Notes under the pieces: model-generated
What the model was told of the DNA's origin: nothing
The model's database searches: none
Seen by the model: the letters and a program-made list of their open reading frames with translations, nothing else
Assembly (NCBI RefSeq): GCF_963921235.1
Contig: NC_086097.1
Span: 44,642,001-44,706,000 of the forward strand
Length of the DNA stretch: 64,000 nucleotides
Direction: 5' to 3'
Origin: Mobula hypostoma
Taxonomy: Eukaryota
In this document: positions 24,621 through 37,730 of the stretch, piece after piece
Layout of the letters: each line of letters opens with the position of its first letter
How positions within the stretch are numbered: position 1 is the first letter of the stretch
Position numbers and translations under genes: made by a program

Positions 24621-27600
24621 CACTAGAGTTATGCAATGAGAAAGTAAAGCTATACTAATCCTTTATAAAACTGGTAGTGCACAATATTCTGGGCAAGGAG
24701 AATTAGAATATGTTTGGAAATTATTTAAAGTGGCACTAGATATTTGTTACTTGTGAAGGTTCCACAAAACTGGTTTTTACTTATTCTGTGCAAAGTAATA
24801 AGGCACAACTAAATAAACATTACCCAAGCATGTCCAATGAAGACCCAATAGACGTAATAGTTTCAAAAGAATAACATACACGTTTAGATTAATTTTCAGA
24901 ATCAGTTGTATGATTGGATGTTTGAGAAATAATGCTGAGCAAGTGGATAAGGGAATAATCAGGAAACCTCCAGTGATACAGTAGCAAAAAAAATTTCACA
25001 CTGGCTTGGATCAATCACTACACCAATCAAATGCCTCAACAAACCCCAAAATAGATATTTTATTCTCAGTGTGACTAATGTTGTACAATTTTTCCCTTAA
25101 TGTAACTATAATCTGACTTCCAATTATTGAAAATCTACTTGGTCCATAAACTAGCTCATTCAGGAGCCCTGGCAACTGGAAGCCTGTAGGTTTAAAGCCA
25201 GAGTCGAAAGAACTTATACATTTCCCATCCCCTCTAAACTCAGGATCCATCGGAAAATTATGTATACTGCTGTATTATGTGTAAAGAAAGTTAAATGAAG
25301 TGTGGTAGGGTATTAATAGGAACAGCCAATAGTTGGAAAATCTGCTAGTTTAGCACAAAGTCCCAAGGGTGCTAGATTATCCAAGTTTCACATCTGTTAT
25401 TTTCTTCTGTCCAAAAATAGAATGAGGTGTGCAGTTTTTTTTAAGTTTGAGCGAACACTTCCAACTTTAAAAACACTCAGATCCCACAGAGCACTGATTC
25501 ATTATAACATGGTTATTTTTTATTGAATTTTTTAAAAAGACAAAAAATTGTCAATAGAATTTCTCAAGAGCAGCTGCCATTACAATAAACAATTAGCCAA
25601 TGAGAGCATTTTCCATACATTCTGAGCCACTCACAACCAATCATGTAATAGTTCACTCTCTCCCCCCCCCCCCCCAATGTGTGTAAAGAAGCCAAAGTTA
25701 GAGGAGGACCCACAGCCTGGTCCCTACTCTAAGATGTAACTTGTGTGAAAAAGCTAACCCTCAGGTCACTTATTAATCCCCCCCCCATTCCAAACCTATG
25801 CCCTGTGGTTTTAAGCTCCCCTGTCCTGGGAAAATGACTGCAACAAATCTATTTGTCCTCATTTTATAGAATATCTGTAAGGTCTCTCTTCAGCTTCCTT
25901 TGCTGTAAGGAAAATAGTCCCAGCCTATCCAATCTCTCTTTATAACTCAAGCCACAGTACCATAAACATTCTTGTTAATCGTGCCTAGATTCTCTCCAGC
26001 TTAATCATGTACCTTTCCCACTGCATGTGAGTAGAAGTGTAGGTACTAGAAGCAGTACCATAGCATCCCAACTGATGTACTGAATGCCCCCAAAAGGATT
26101 GGGGGCACTCATATGGCATCTTTGCCACCCTATTTGTGCTGACACCTTCAGGAAATTGAACCTTCTTGGTGCCTCTGTTCTACAGTTCACTTCAAATTAC
26201 TGCTGACATGAATGAGAGGGCTTCAGGGTCAGAGCCTCTAGATCTATCACCCATGGCCCACCCTGCTTTGAAGGATAGCAGTAGCTCCCATGCTTGTTGA
26301 TACATGGCCCTACAAAAGGCAAGTATGGTTGCAGAGTGTGGGCCAGACAGAGCACAATTCAAGCCAATCACATGATGCAGGATAGATATGCAGCAGGAAA
26401 TGGATAAACTGGCATCCATTTGATTCTTTTAATCTCACTGTAACTAGCTACAGATTAACAGCAAATTGAAAACCACAGGGATGGGGAAAAATTATGTACA
26501 GAGAGTGGTGGGTGCATGGCACTCTTTGCCTCGGGTGGTGGCAGACACAGTTTAGGGATATTTAGGAAACTCTTTAAGATAGGCACATGAATGATCAAAC
26601 AATGAAGGGCAATCCAAACGAGAAGGATTAGCTTGATTTTAAGTATGTTAAACATCGTAGGCCAAGGGCCTGCATTGTGCAGTGATGTTCTATGCTCTTA
26701 AAATGCAAATTTACTTATAGCTCCAATTGGGAAGAAAATCAAATAAATGTAATTAAAACATATGCAGAGACCACTTTTGATAGGATCCTTAAATTTGGAT
26801 GCAAAAGAAACTACTTTTTCCACAGTAACCAATTTCATAAAAATAAAATCAGTATATTAAAAATATCACAATGCCTTATACCTTCAAAATTTTCCCTACA
26901 TTAACATTTTGCTTATTTAGATTACATACTAAAAGAACAGTTGCCTACTAATTATCATATGCTGGTAGTAATCAGTTATTATAAAACCAGAGAACAAGAG
27001 CAAGTATCTGTTCATATTCTCCATTCCACAAAGAAATATCAAATTGAGCTCACTTACTTGCTGCTCGCACATAATCCCACCTTGGCTCCTCCCACCTCTA
27101 CTCAAAATGCATTTTTTAAAGTCACTATTGCATTTATATATAAGCTTTTCTAAATAGTGCAAATCAGATCCTCACGATTAACTATATAACATAGAACTCA
27201 AATTCCCGAGTTTTCCTACCGGTATCTTTGAATTTATGTGCTATTATTAGGATTTGTGCTGATCAATTCCACTCAAACCATTAATGATATTGATAACATA
27301 GAAAACAGTATCAGCAGGCAATGCCAGTTTGAACATCTAATTTCAAATGTGCCAGGAGATTGAACATCAGATTTGAATGTCAAATAAAAAAGCATTAACA
27401 TCTTTATTTTCCCGAGGTACAAAGAACTCCCATCATCTGAAACTTGTCACATTGGAACAAAATTATTCAAGCATAAACACACAACGATCTGTGGATATTT
27501 AGTAACCAACATTTTCACTTAAAATTGACAAGCAAAAGCCAAATTTATCCATCAATTCAATGCACACGAAGATTTGGCTGGATTGCTGTATTTCTTCTGG

Positions 27601-28651
27601 CATGATTCTAACAATTTATATTCGTTACTTTAACCAAAAGGTTCTTCCTCCCTTCCCAACAACTATCAGTACCTAAGAGGATGAAGACAGCAAGGGCATG
27701 AGAAATGAAAAAAAAACTATTTTTACTGCCACTGTTTACTTTGCAGAGGATAAAAAATGGTTCTCTGGAAATATTCTAACGTTCATCTTTACACTCCAAA
27801 ATGGCCTTTGCGCACACAAATATTAACTTTTTTTTTACAAATGTCCGAACTATTAACTCTTGTCTTACACCATTATCGGTACTTATTTGAACAAAACACA
27901 CTACAGTGAAGCTTCAACTAAGGACTCCGCAAACTTAAGATTTAGCTTGTCACAATTCCCTTACTATTCGGACCTCATGGGAGTAATGACCTCAATTCTA
28001 ACCCTGAATAATACAATCCGATCCACAGGCAGCAAAATGTTGGGAGGGGGGAGAAAAAAAAACACGGAGATTCAAGACCTCGTGAACATCGTCTTGTTTT
28101 CCTTTTAATTTCGATGAAAGAAAAAGGTTTTTAAATTAAAACCTAACCACCACCACCAATGGGGGGGAAAAAGCATCACCCGACTTCCGCTACGCCCAGA
28201 CCTCACAATGAACCTTTTTAAAATCACACACACAAAAATGACGAACTTGATTTTCCACAATCTATCGCAGAGGCGGAGAGACGGGAGCAGAAATGACCAA
28301 CAGTGAGCCGATGAAGACGGAGCTCTGCAGCAGCTGCCGACCTCCCAGGATCAACGCCCCTCGGCACCCGCTCCACCAAACTTGATGTCGAGCTCCCGCC
28401 CCCTCCGCCAGCTGATTGGCTGGTTCAGGAGCAGCTTTCGCCCGGCGCCAAGGCCACCGACAACGGTGAAGGGCTATCAATCTCCAAGCCCCGCCTCCGT
28501 CCGCTCCCATTCGCTAACGTGTCCACTCAGCAGGCTAGGTTGCACGGCTGCCGAAAGTAGAGCTGCGCCACGGGGCCTAGCAGGAGCGAGAGCCTACCGG
28601 TCAGAGGCGCCCAAGGCCTGAGGAGGAGCAGCGCGCTCGCTGCCGCTCCGC

Positions 28652-28746
28652 CCGCCATCTTCAGCCGCCATCTTCCCCGACCGGGAAGCCATGTTTTCGG
28701 GCGGCCATACTGACATGGCGGCGCCCATAACCTGGGGAAACATGGC
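28652..28746. promoter_or_regulatory. Cluster of YY1-binding motifs in YY1 intron 1
   Basis: CCGCCATCTT (28652), GCCGCCATCTT (28664), GCCATGTTT (28688), GGCCATAC (28703), ACATGGCGGC (28713), AAACATGGC (28738). Confidence 0.85.
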
Positions 28747-28954
28747 TTCCCTTCAAAACAAAAACATTGTCGAACCGCTCGAGCTCCCGTCGAGCCGCAA
28801 AAAACACCGAAATAATCGTCTTTTAGCCGCTCCGCTTTCCCCTCCCCCTCCCCACGACGGCGGGACACGCCCTAGAGCCGAAGGGAAAGCTCGCTCCTGC
28901 CCTTCTCTGGCCACTGATCATCACCCCCCCCCCCATACCCGTCTTACACACTCA

Positions 28955-29482
<528 letters not shown>

Positions 29483-30041
29483 TTATTTCGTCGCCTCTAT
29501 TTCCTCCCGCCGGGCACCTTTCTCTGCCCTCCGGCTTATTTTTTTCTCAGCAACAATTCACCAGAGAAGATCAGCACCCAAAAAAAACTGGCAAGACACA
29601 AAAAAAAACGGCAGCCACCATCCGCTCGGGCGCTGCGAGCAACTACCGCGAGACTTCATTCCACTTCCTGTCCTTCATGATTTGCCCTTGTTGCCATGTG
29701 CCAACACATTTCACTCATTATAATAAATTCCTTCCTCTGCGGACCCGAGGCAAGCCGGGCTTTGGGCCGGCACAGTCCCTCTCCAGCACACGTCCCTTAC
29801 TCTTGATTTTGTTTTATTTTTGGGAGTCTCGCAGCCGGTCGTGGGCTGCAGCTTTGCACCAACTTCTCTTTGTTACTCACCTGCTTGGACCTGTGCCAAT
29901 GGATCCTCTTCCAGCCGCACGCCCCCTGGTCGCGGGCGCGGGAGTTGCGGCGGCCGATTTACACCGAGTGAATGAACTGACAGCGCGCAAAGAGGGTACA
30001 GGTGCGCTGGCAGCAGGGTGGTGCAGCCGGCATCCGACAGC

Positions 30042-30123
30042 ATGGGGGTGAAAGCCAAGCGAGTTGATTTTGAATGGGTGTACACCGACCAGCCTCATAC
30101 GCAGAGGAGGAAAGAGATGTTAG
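30042..30123 (+). CDS. DEGS2: DEGS2 coding exon 1 (sphingolipid delta(4)-desaturase/C4-hydroxylase)
   Basis: MGVKAKRVDFEWVYTDQPHTQRRKEML then G|GTATG donor; 82 bp; HTQRRKE is DEGS2-type; adjacency to YY1 matches known vertebrate synteny. Confidence 0.93.
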
Positions 30124-32229
30124 GTATGTATAGCGATCCTCTTTCAGTTAAAAAAAATATAAATAAAAGTTGTCTTAGGATAGTTTTTGATGGAGTAGTC
30201 TATTTGTCATTTGCAAAATATCCCCACGAATCTTACTGGTTCCGAAAGAGTTTGCATTATTTGTAAGACCGGTTTTAACGAAGTTGCAAATTCTCTTTAT
30301 GGGTGTAAAATATGTTAAGGTGAAATTTTTGGTAAGGCTAAGTCCACGTACAAAAATGGGACCAGAATTTTCTTTGAACACTTGTAATGCATAGTAGACT
30401 ATGTATATAATATGCTAGCGACAACTGATTCGGAAGGCGATTGACTTCTACCTTTTTACCCGACAGGTAGGTACTTGTAAGCTATTAATCGCTTCATGCG
30501 GTTCCCTTTACAATTCGCCAAATATAACCATTTATTATCCCGGGTATTCAACATTTGAAATACTTTGTATCAAGTTAAGAGCTAAATAAGGGATTGTTCG
30601 AAGATTGAAACTTAGAGGTTCGAAGGTTTGTAGTTCAGGCCAACCTATCCCGCGATATATTAAAAAAAAACAAGTTTTTTCCGTAGCAAAATTTAGCCTT
30701 TTGGAAGATCTGCGCTCGCTTTTCATTCCAACATTATAAGGAATCTAAACATGACTACACCATATTCGGAATATATTTGGAAAGATAAATGTATAAAATC
30801 GTGAAGATTGTTTCTTTTTGGTCAGTCGGGTGGGGCTGGACAAGGATCATTTAGGTGCGGCAGTAAACTTTGTTTTCACTGGTGAATGAATTTCCATGAC
30901 ACCTGTCGCAAATCTAAGTGCGTGCAAAAAGTGGAATTATTGTATTCCACATTGAAAATGAAGAAGCATTATGAAAATGTTAACTCTTTCAGGTTGCACC
31001 CAAGAGTTTCTGCAACAACATACATTTAGCACTTCGATATGCTTCTCATATTAATACATAACATTATTACATTAATGCGTAAATGTAATAGAATAAGATC
31101 TTAAAAGGATCACATTTTAAGTCAACTCCCTGCGTCGACGTTTGAAAAGTTTAATTATTTTTAAATTTGTATTTCTTAAAGATTGGTTCGATTTTGTTCA
31201 ACCTTCTCTCCACTGCTCTGATTTAACTTATCAAGTATTCTTTTTGACCGATGATACCTACGCGGCCCATGAGTCCTTTTAATTCGCTTTGCTCGCAGTC
31301 TGCTGTACACTCGAGCATCGAAGTTTTAATCGCTCCGGTATTAACGGCTATGTTTTTAGTTAGAGAAAAAAAAAACAGGAAGTACTTGACAGGTCAGTCA
31401 GCATCGGTGGAAAAGAGAAGCAAAATTAACATTTCAGATCAACAGCCCTTTGTCAGGACTGGGAACGATTCAGACAAAGTTGGGAAGAGCATATGCCACA
31501 CAGGAGCAGAAATAGGCTATCCAGGCTGCTCTGCCATACGATCATGGTTGATTTGTTAAACCATTCTTCTGCCTTCTCCCTTTGAGTCCTTTAGAGAAGG
31601 ATGGAGAAAACAAGGGAACTGATCTATCTTCAGGATAAGTAACACCAGGATTCCTGGGGAGATGAGGTGTAAATGCCTTTGGGTCAATGGTGGCAGTTAA
31701 AAGTTGGTAATGCAAACAAAGCTGCCGTAATTTGTTGGGAATGGCAGGACTGTAGCATGTAGTCTGCAGATCAAACCATTTTACTGGGGGTAAGAACCTG
31801 AGCCAATATTACAGATCCAGTATGTGATTTAGAGCAGACATGTCCACTTCTGATAAACAGAGAAATTTAAATTTAAAATTGAATGTGGAGGTCCAAGAAG
31901 AAGATGGGTTTGCATGGAGCCCTGTACCAGGTGAAGCTTGGGGTTGCTCTGTAGACTCAGTGCAAGTGCTCAACAAAACAGGAGGAGACCACTTGATTAC
32001 AGTTCATGAAACTGAACGGAGGACACGTGAATCTGCTTCACTTGAATTGTCTGGGTCCCTGCGAGGTGGGGATGGGTGGAAGAGCAAGCATGACATCAGC
32101 TGCTTGCATTGGAAACATTGTAGGGAGTGCTTGTTGATGGAAAAGAGGACCAGGGAATCTCAAGAGGAAAGCGTGACTTAAAAATGTTGAAAGAGAAGGC
32201 TGTCGGTCATTTAAATTGCTAAACATAAA

Positions 32230-33800
32230 AGTGAAAAATGTGTCTTGCGTACCATTCATACAAATCCATTCATTACAACAGTACGTTGAGGTAGTTCAAG
32301 GTAAAGCAATAACAGAGTGCAGAATAGGATGTTACAGTTCCAGAGAAAATAAAGTGCGGGTAACGTAAGTTAGATTGTGAGGTCAAAAGTCCATTTTATT
32401 GTACTAGGGAATTGTTCAATAGCGTAGCAGCAGGCTTAAAGCTGTCCATGAGCCCAGTGGCCCATGCTTTCATGCTTTTTTAATCTTCTATCTGATGGGA
32501 AGGGAAGAAGAGAGAATGTCTGTCTGGGGAGGGTGGGGTCTTTGATTATGCTGGCTGCTTTACTGGGGCATAGACAGAATCCATGATGAGAATTCTCTTT
32601 TCCAGAGCTGTGTCTACCACTCTCTGTAGTCCATGTTCAACAGTTGCCACACCAGGCTATGATTCATCCGGATAGGATGCTTTCTATGGTGCATTGATAA
32701 ATATTGGTGAGAGTCAATATTTATTTTCCCAGTTTTGAGGTAGGAGGTGTGGCAAGTTATCTTAACCTCCTGAAGAAGCAGAAGTCCTGGTGAGCTTGTG
32801 TTTGAACTAGGACAGGGTATTGGTGTTGTTCACTCCAGGGAACTTGAAGCTCTCAACTTCTTGACCATTGATGTAAACAGGTGCAAGGGCACTGCATCTC
32901 TTCCTGAAGTCAATAACTAGCTCATTTGTTTGGCTAATGTTGAGGGTAAGGCTATCATGACATCATATCACTGGGCTATCTCTTACTCGTGTAACACACA
33001 AAATGCTGGAGGAGCACAGCAGGTCAGGCTGCATTTCTGGAAATGAATAAACAGTCGCTGTTTGGACAGTGACCCTTCTTCAGGGCTGAGAAGAAAGGGG
33101 GAAGATGACAGAATAAAACGTTATGGGGAGGGGATGGAAACTAGCTAGAAGGTGATAGGTAAAGCCAGGTGGGTAGGCAAGGTCAAGGACTGGAGAATAA
33201 GGAATCCGATAGGAGAGGAGAGTGGACCATTGGAGGGGAAGGAGGAGGGAACACAAGGGGAAGTGATAGGTAGGTAAGAAGAGTGGGGAATAGAGAAAGG
33301 GAAAGGGGTTACCTGTCCTGTGATTCATCATTATTTGAAATGATGTCCACTTCTGTGGTATCAGCTGCCAACTTGAAGATGGGGTTAGTGCAGAATTTGG
33401 CCTTGCTGCTGTGAGAGTACACAGAGTAGAGTATGGCTCTGAGGATACAGTCTTATGTGGCACCAGTGTTGAAGGTAATCATGGCATAGGTGTTACTTCC
33501 TATCCTGAGTGTTTCCAGCCTATAGGGCAGGAAGTCAAGAGTCCAGTTTCAGAGGAAGCTGTTGACTCCCAGTTTCTAGGAGTTTGAATACGAGTTTGCT
33601 TGGAGATACAGTATTGAAGGCAGAACTGTAATCAATAATCAATGTTCTGACAGGTGTCTTTACTGTCCAGATACCTCAGGAAGATGGCATGTGTCGTAGA
33701 CCTGCTTCAGCAGTGAGTCAGTTGCAGTGCATCAAGGTTGTCTGGGAGGTTGGAGTTAACCAGCCTCTTGAGACACTTCATGATGGTAGATGTCAGACAA
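32230..33800 (-). mobile_element. Rex1/Babar-like LINE fragment interrupted by a Penelope-derived piece (about 32993-33310)
   Basis: Reverse matches to the 2735-3607 element; insert begins aacacacaaaatgctggaggagcacagcagg followed by a purine-rich tract. Confidence 0.6.
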
Positions 33801-36565
33801 AAGATGGTTGTAGAAGAGGAGTCTTTTAGGAGCTGACAGACATGGTAACTGATGATCCATTGAACAGGGAAGTCAGTGGAATGGGACTTTTGCAGGAAAC
33901 AGTTGAGGTCTGGTCAGGGGCTCTGACTATTAGAGTAGAAGGGAAGCCACAGTTGGGATGTGAGTTTAGATACCCGTGTACAACGTCTCTTTGTTAGAGC
34001 AAATACAACAAAGGCAATCAAAACTAGGAGAGTGGAACAATGCCTTTATAGGGAGCATGGTGGGAAACAGTATAGTCAGTATAGCTGCGGTCATCTATAG
34101 GCTAATCTATTTTGATTAGGCTATCTCTTATGGAGAAAGGGAAGGCAAGGGTTAGAGGTGGGTTGTGTGAAAATGAGAGCAGGGTGAAAACCTTCAGCAA
34201 ATTGATTACATTTTTGAGCTGTGTTTATGTGCAGGAAGCAACACCAATACAGCTGTTGATGTGATAGGAAAAAAAGAGTTGAGGAAGGGACCTGATTAGG
34301 ACTGGAAAACAGTGTTTGATGACAGCTGTAGATTTAGCCCATGCCAGTTCCCATAGTTTCCTTTTAACCTGGAGAAAGAGAGCAGAGCTGAAGTAGAACT
34401 TGCTCAATATGACAATGAGTGCAGCCTAGTGACGGTGTTTGTGGAGGGGAATTTGTTGTGTCTTATTGAGAAAGAACAGGAGAGTCCTAAATCTATCCTA
34501 ATGTGGAGCAGAGTTGTAAAGCAATTGGATGTCCATGGTAAGGATAAGCCAGATGACACAGTGGATTGGAAACTGTTCGAATGTCAGAGGCAGGATGGAG
34601 TCAAGGTAGGAAGAAATCAGTTCAGTGGAGCAAGAGCTAATTTAAACAATTCTGCCTGGTCAATCCTGCTTGTGAAACTTGCGAAGGAGGTAGGAGTGAG
34701 CGGTCTGGGGCTGGGATAATACCAGGTTGGAAGCTATGGAGGGAAGGTCTCCTGAGTAAAGAGGTCCATGACTACCTGGGAGTCTGCACTCTGATGATTG
34801 GTGTTGGGATCATGGTCCAAAGGGAGAAATGAAGATGTGTCAGGGCTGATCTTTGACTTCTGAGATAGAAGTCAGTTTGCCACGGCATACTAGCACTTCT
34901 GCTATTGGCAGATTTGATGACAATATCAGTGTTGGTGTGGACTGCTGCAAATTAAGAAGGGAGTGGTGTGGAAGTACCGGGGTAGCCAATGTCATATCAG
35001 AGTTAGCAGTGAGTAGATCAAGGGAATAGGTGAGAGATCAGAATGAGGGTCTAAGTGGATTGGGAACTCTGGAGATGGGAGAAAGAGTCTGAAACCTGGT
35101 TTGAACGATCTTGGGTAAAAGTAATGTTGGATACAATGGAAGAAAGATTCAATGTTTTGTCTGGCTTGGAATTTTATGAATGAAGATGTGGTGGTTCAGG
35201 CTTCTGCTAAGGATTGATCGTTTGGGATTGGGGAAGATTGGAAAAGATTATGGGAATATAGTGGGATGAAATGGGGGAATAGGAGCCTTTGCAGGTGAAG
35301 CAGTGATTCATATGTTTATTCCATTTTAATTAAATGCTCACCGCATTAGTGTCTCCTACATTGGATTACGTGTATGTTTTATGGAGCACCTGTGTTCTGT
35401 CTGTGGGGCTAATGATTTCCCAGTCAGTAGAGCTATATTCCAGGATTTTGACCCAGCTGTTACAAAGGATTGGGATAGTATGTACACATCTGAAAAGTGT
35501 GTGACTTAAAATGGATTATGTTCCCAAGATGCAGGCTAAATACTGCTGGGAAGGTAGAGGTGTTATAAGAAGTCAGCATTATTCTCATCTGCCTTCAGTA
35601 ATCATTAACTTGTTTGTTTTAAATTGGGGACTAAAATTATGTTTATCCATTTGATGTTGTGAATGATTTACAGACCTTAGATTCGTCGTTCAACTGTTAG
35701 GAAAAATGCACTTAAAAGTTTTCCTTCCAAAATACAAAATATTCAGTATTTGTGATATCCATGTGAAAAAAAGCAAATGATTGGGTGGTGGTTTCATAAT
35801 TTAAATTTCCAGTTGTTGTCATCTGACTGTACAACCAAATGAAATAATGTTCCTCTGGACCATGGTGCATCTGCAAACCGTACACAGCACATAAAACAAA
35901 ATCACAAATCCTGAGTTAATAAAATATGATTTAAAATGCATGTAGTGAGCAGTATGGGCAAATAGCAAACAGCTCACCCTCCTCGTGACGAGGCCTCAGT
36001 GGTGGCAGGATATTCCCTAGCCTGTTACCCAGTCTGGCAGTCCTAGTTCTGATGCTTCTGTCCCTCCTTCCTGATGGCAGTGGATCAAAGAGATTGTGGG
36101 ATGGGTGATAGGGATCCTCACAATGCTTCTGGTCCTCCTATGCAATACTCCTGGTAAATGTTAGAAATGAGGGTGGGGGTTGGTGGAAGGGAGACACTGG
36201 TGTAATGTTTCACTGTGTGGCCTTCTCATGAGACAGTCTGCAAAGACAATGACAATACTTAATACTAAATTATGACATTGTTTAAATTCAGTGTTATCAC
36301 ATCATTTGTTAAATTTTCATTGCAGATCTGTTGGAGAGCAAATTAATAATGTGCACACTTCTGATTTATAGATAAATACAAATGCCTTGAAAACTTATGT
36401 TTTGAAAAATTCAGTATTGGGTAGGAACTATGTAGGGTCTATTAGTTTGGTATTCAGTGAAATTTGACCTTTAGTTAAATTTGGAGCAGTTCTCTCATTT
36501 TTGATTATTCTCTGTTGTTTATTTTAATAGTTCAGTAATATTTGAGTAATATTGTAAATATACTA

Positions 36566-36719
36566 CAGGTCGACCTTCACTAATCCGACTACCTGTAATC
36601 CAGTTCCTTCGATAATCTGGCACTGATTATGCTTAATGTGATCCTTCTGTAATTTGGCATTTTCACTAATCCGGCACTCCTCAAGTCCCAATGGTGCCGG
36701 ATTAATGAAGGTCGACCTG
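36566..36719. mobile_element. MITE with TA duplication (pogo/Tigger-like)
   Basis: TA-CAGGTCGACCTTCACTAATCCG ... CGGATTAATGAAGGTCGACCTG-TA; 154 bp. Confidence 0.9.
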
Positions 36720-37349
36720 TATTTGATTAAGCATTCTGTTGTTTATAGAATTCATTATGTGTTATATGTACAAAGTATGTAAACGGCATACATCTTCATG
36801 TACCGTGTAATATGTAAGTACCTCACTTAAAGTAAAAACGAAACAAAGAAGGTACATGAATTTTCCCAGCCCTGTGTTTTGATTTCAATCTGTTTTATGT
36901 TTGGAGTTACAAAACATAACAGGGGTGACAAGGAAATTAAATAAACCTGAGATGACTACCTGCCTGTTCAAGCACAGCGAGACCTTTGAGTTAAAAGAAA
37001 ATCGCAGCACATGTTCTTCGGAAGGAAAGACACGGTCAGGTTTTTTTAAAAAAGGCTGAAAACGTACAAATTCACAGGTTTATAAACACCACTAAGCAAA
37101 CTGTAAGCCTTTATACCCAATGCACTCAGCAAAACTGGCACACGCTTCTCATTTGCCTTAAAATGCTGCTCAATTCGCTCAATATACAATATCCAGTTAT
37201 CTCTAGTGCAATCAAATGTGTCTATCTTTCTGGTGTAGCCAGCTATTTCTGCTCTTATTTTACTTATGGAATCTTACAAGAAAGCGTTCGAAAACAACTT
37301 CTAACTGAAGCATAATTCACATTTAAAAGCAGTTGAAATAGCTGTATTA

Positions 37350-37730
37350 ATAGTCATGGTCATAGTCATACTTTATTAATCCCGGGGGAAATTGGTTTTC
37401 GTTAGAGTTGCTCCATAAATAATAAATAGTAATAGAACCATAAATAGTTAAATAGTAATATGTAAATTATGCCAGTAAATTATGAAATCAGTCCAGGACC
37501 AGCCTGAGCCAGGATGTCTGACCCTCCAAGGGAGGAGTTGTAAAGTTTGATGGCCACAGGCAGGAATGACTTCCTATGACGCTCAGTGCTGCATCTCGGT
37601 GGAATGAGTCTCTGGCTGAATGTACTCCTGTGCCCACCCAGTGCATTATGTAGTGGATGGGAGACATTGACCAAGATGGCATGCAATTTAGACAGCATCC
37701 TCTTTTCAGACACCACCGTGAGAAAGTCCA
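37350..37730 (-). mobile_element. Rex1-like LINE 3' end inserted in the Gypsy gag
   Basis: KRMLSKLHAILVNVSHPLH...RSTFSQRLIPPRCSTERHRKSFLPVAIKLYNS; (ATGACT)n tail. Confidence 0.8.
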
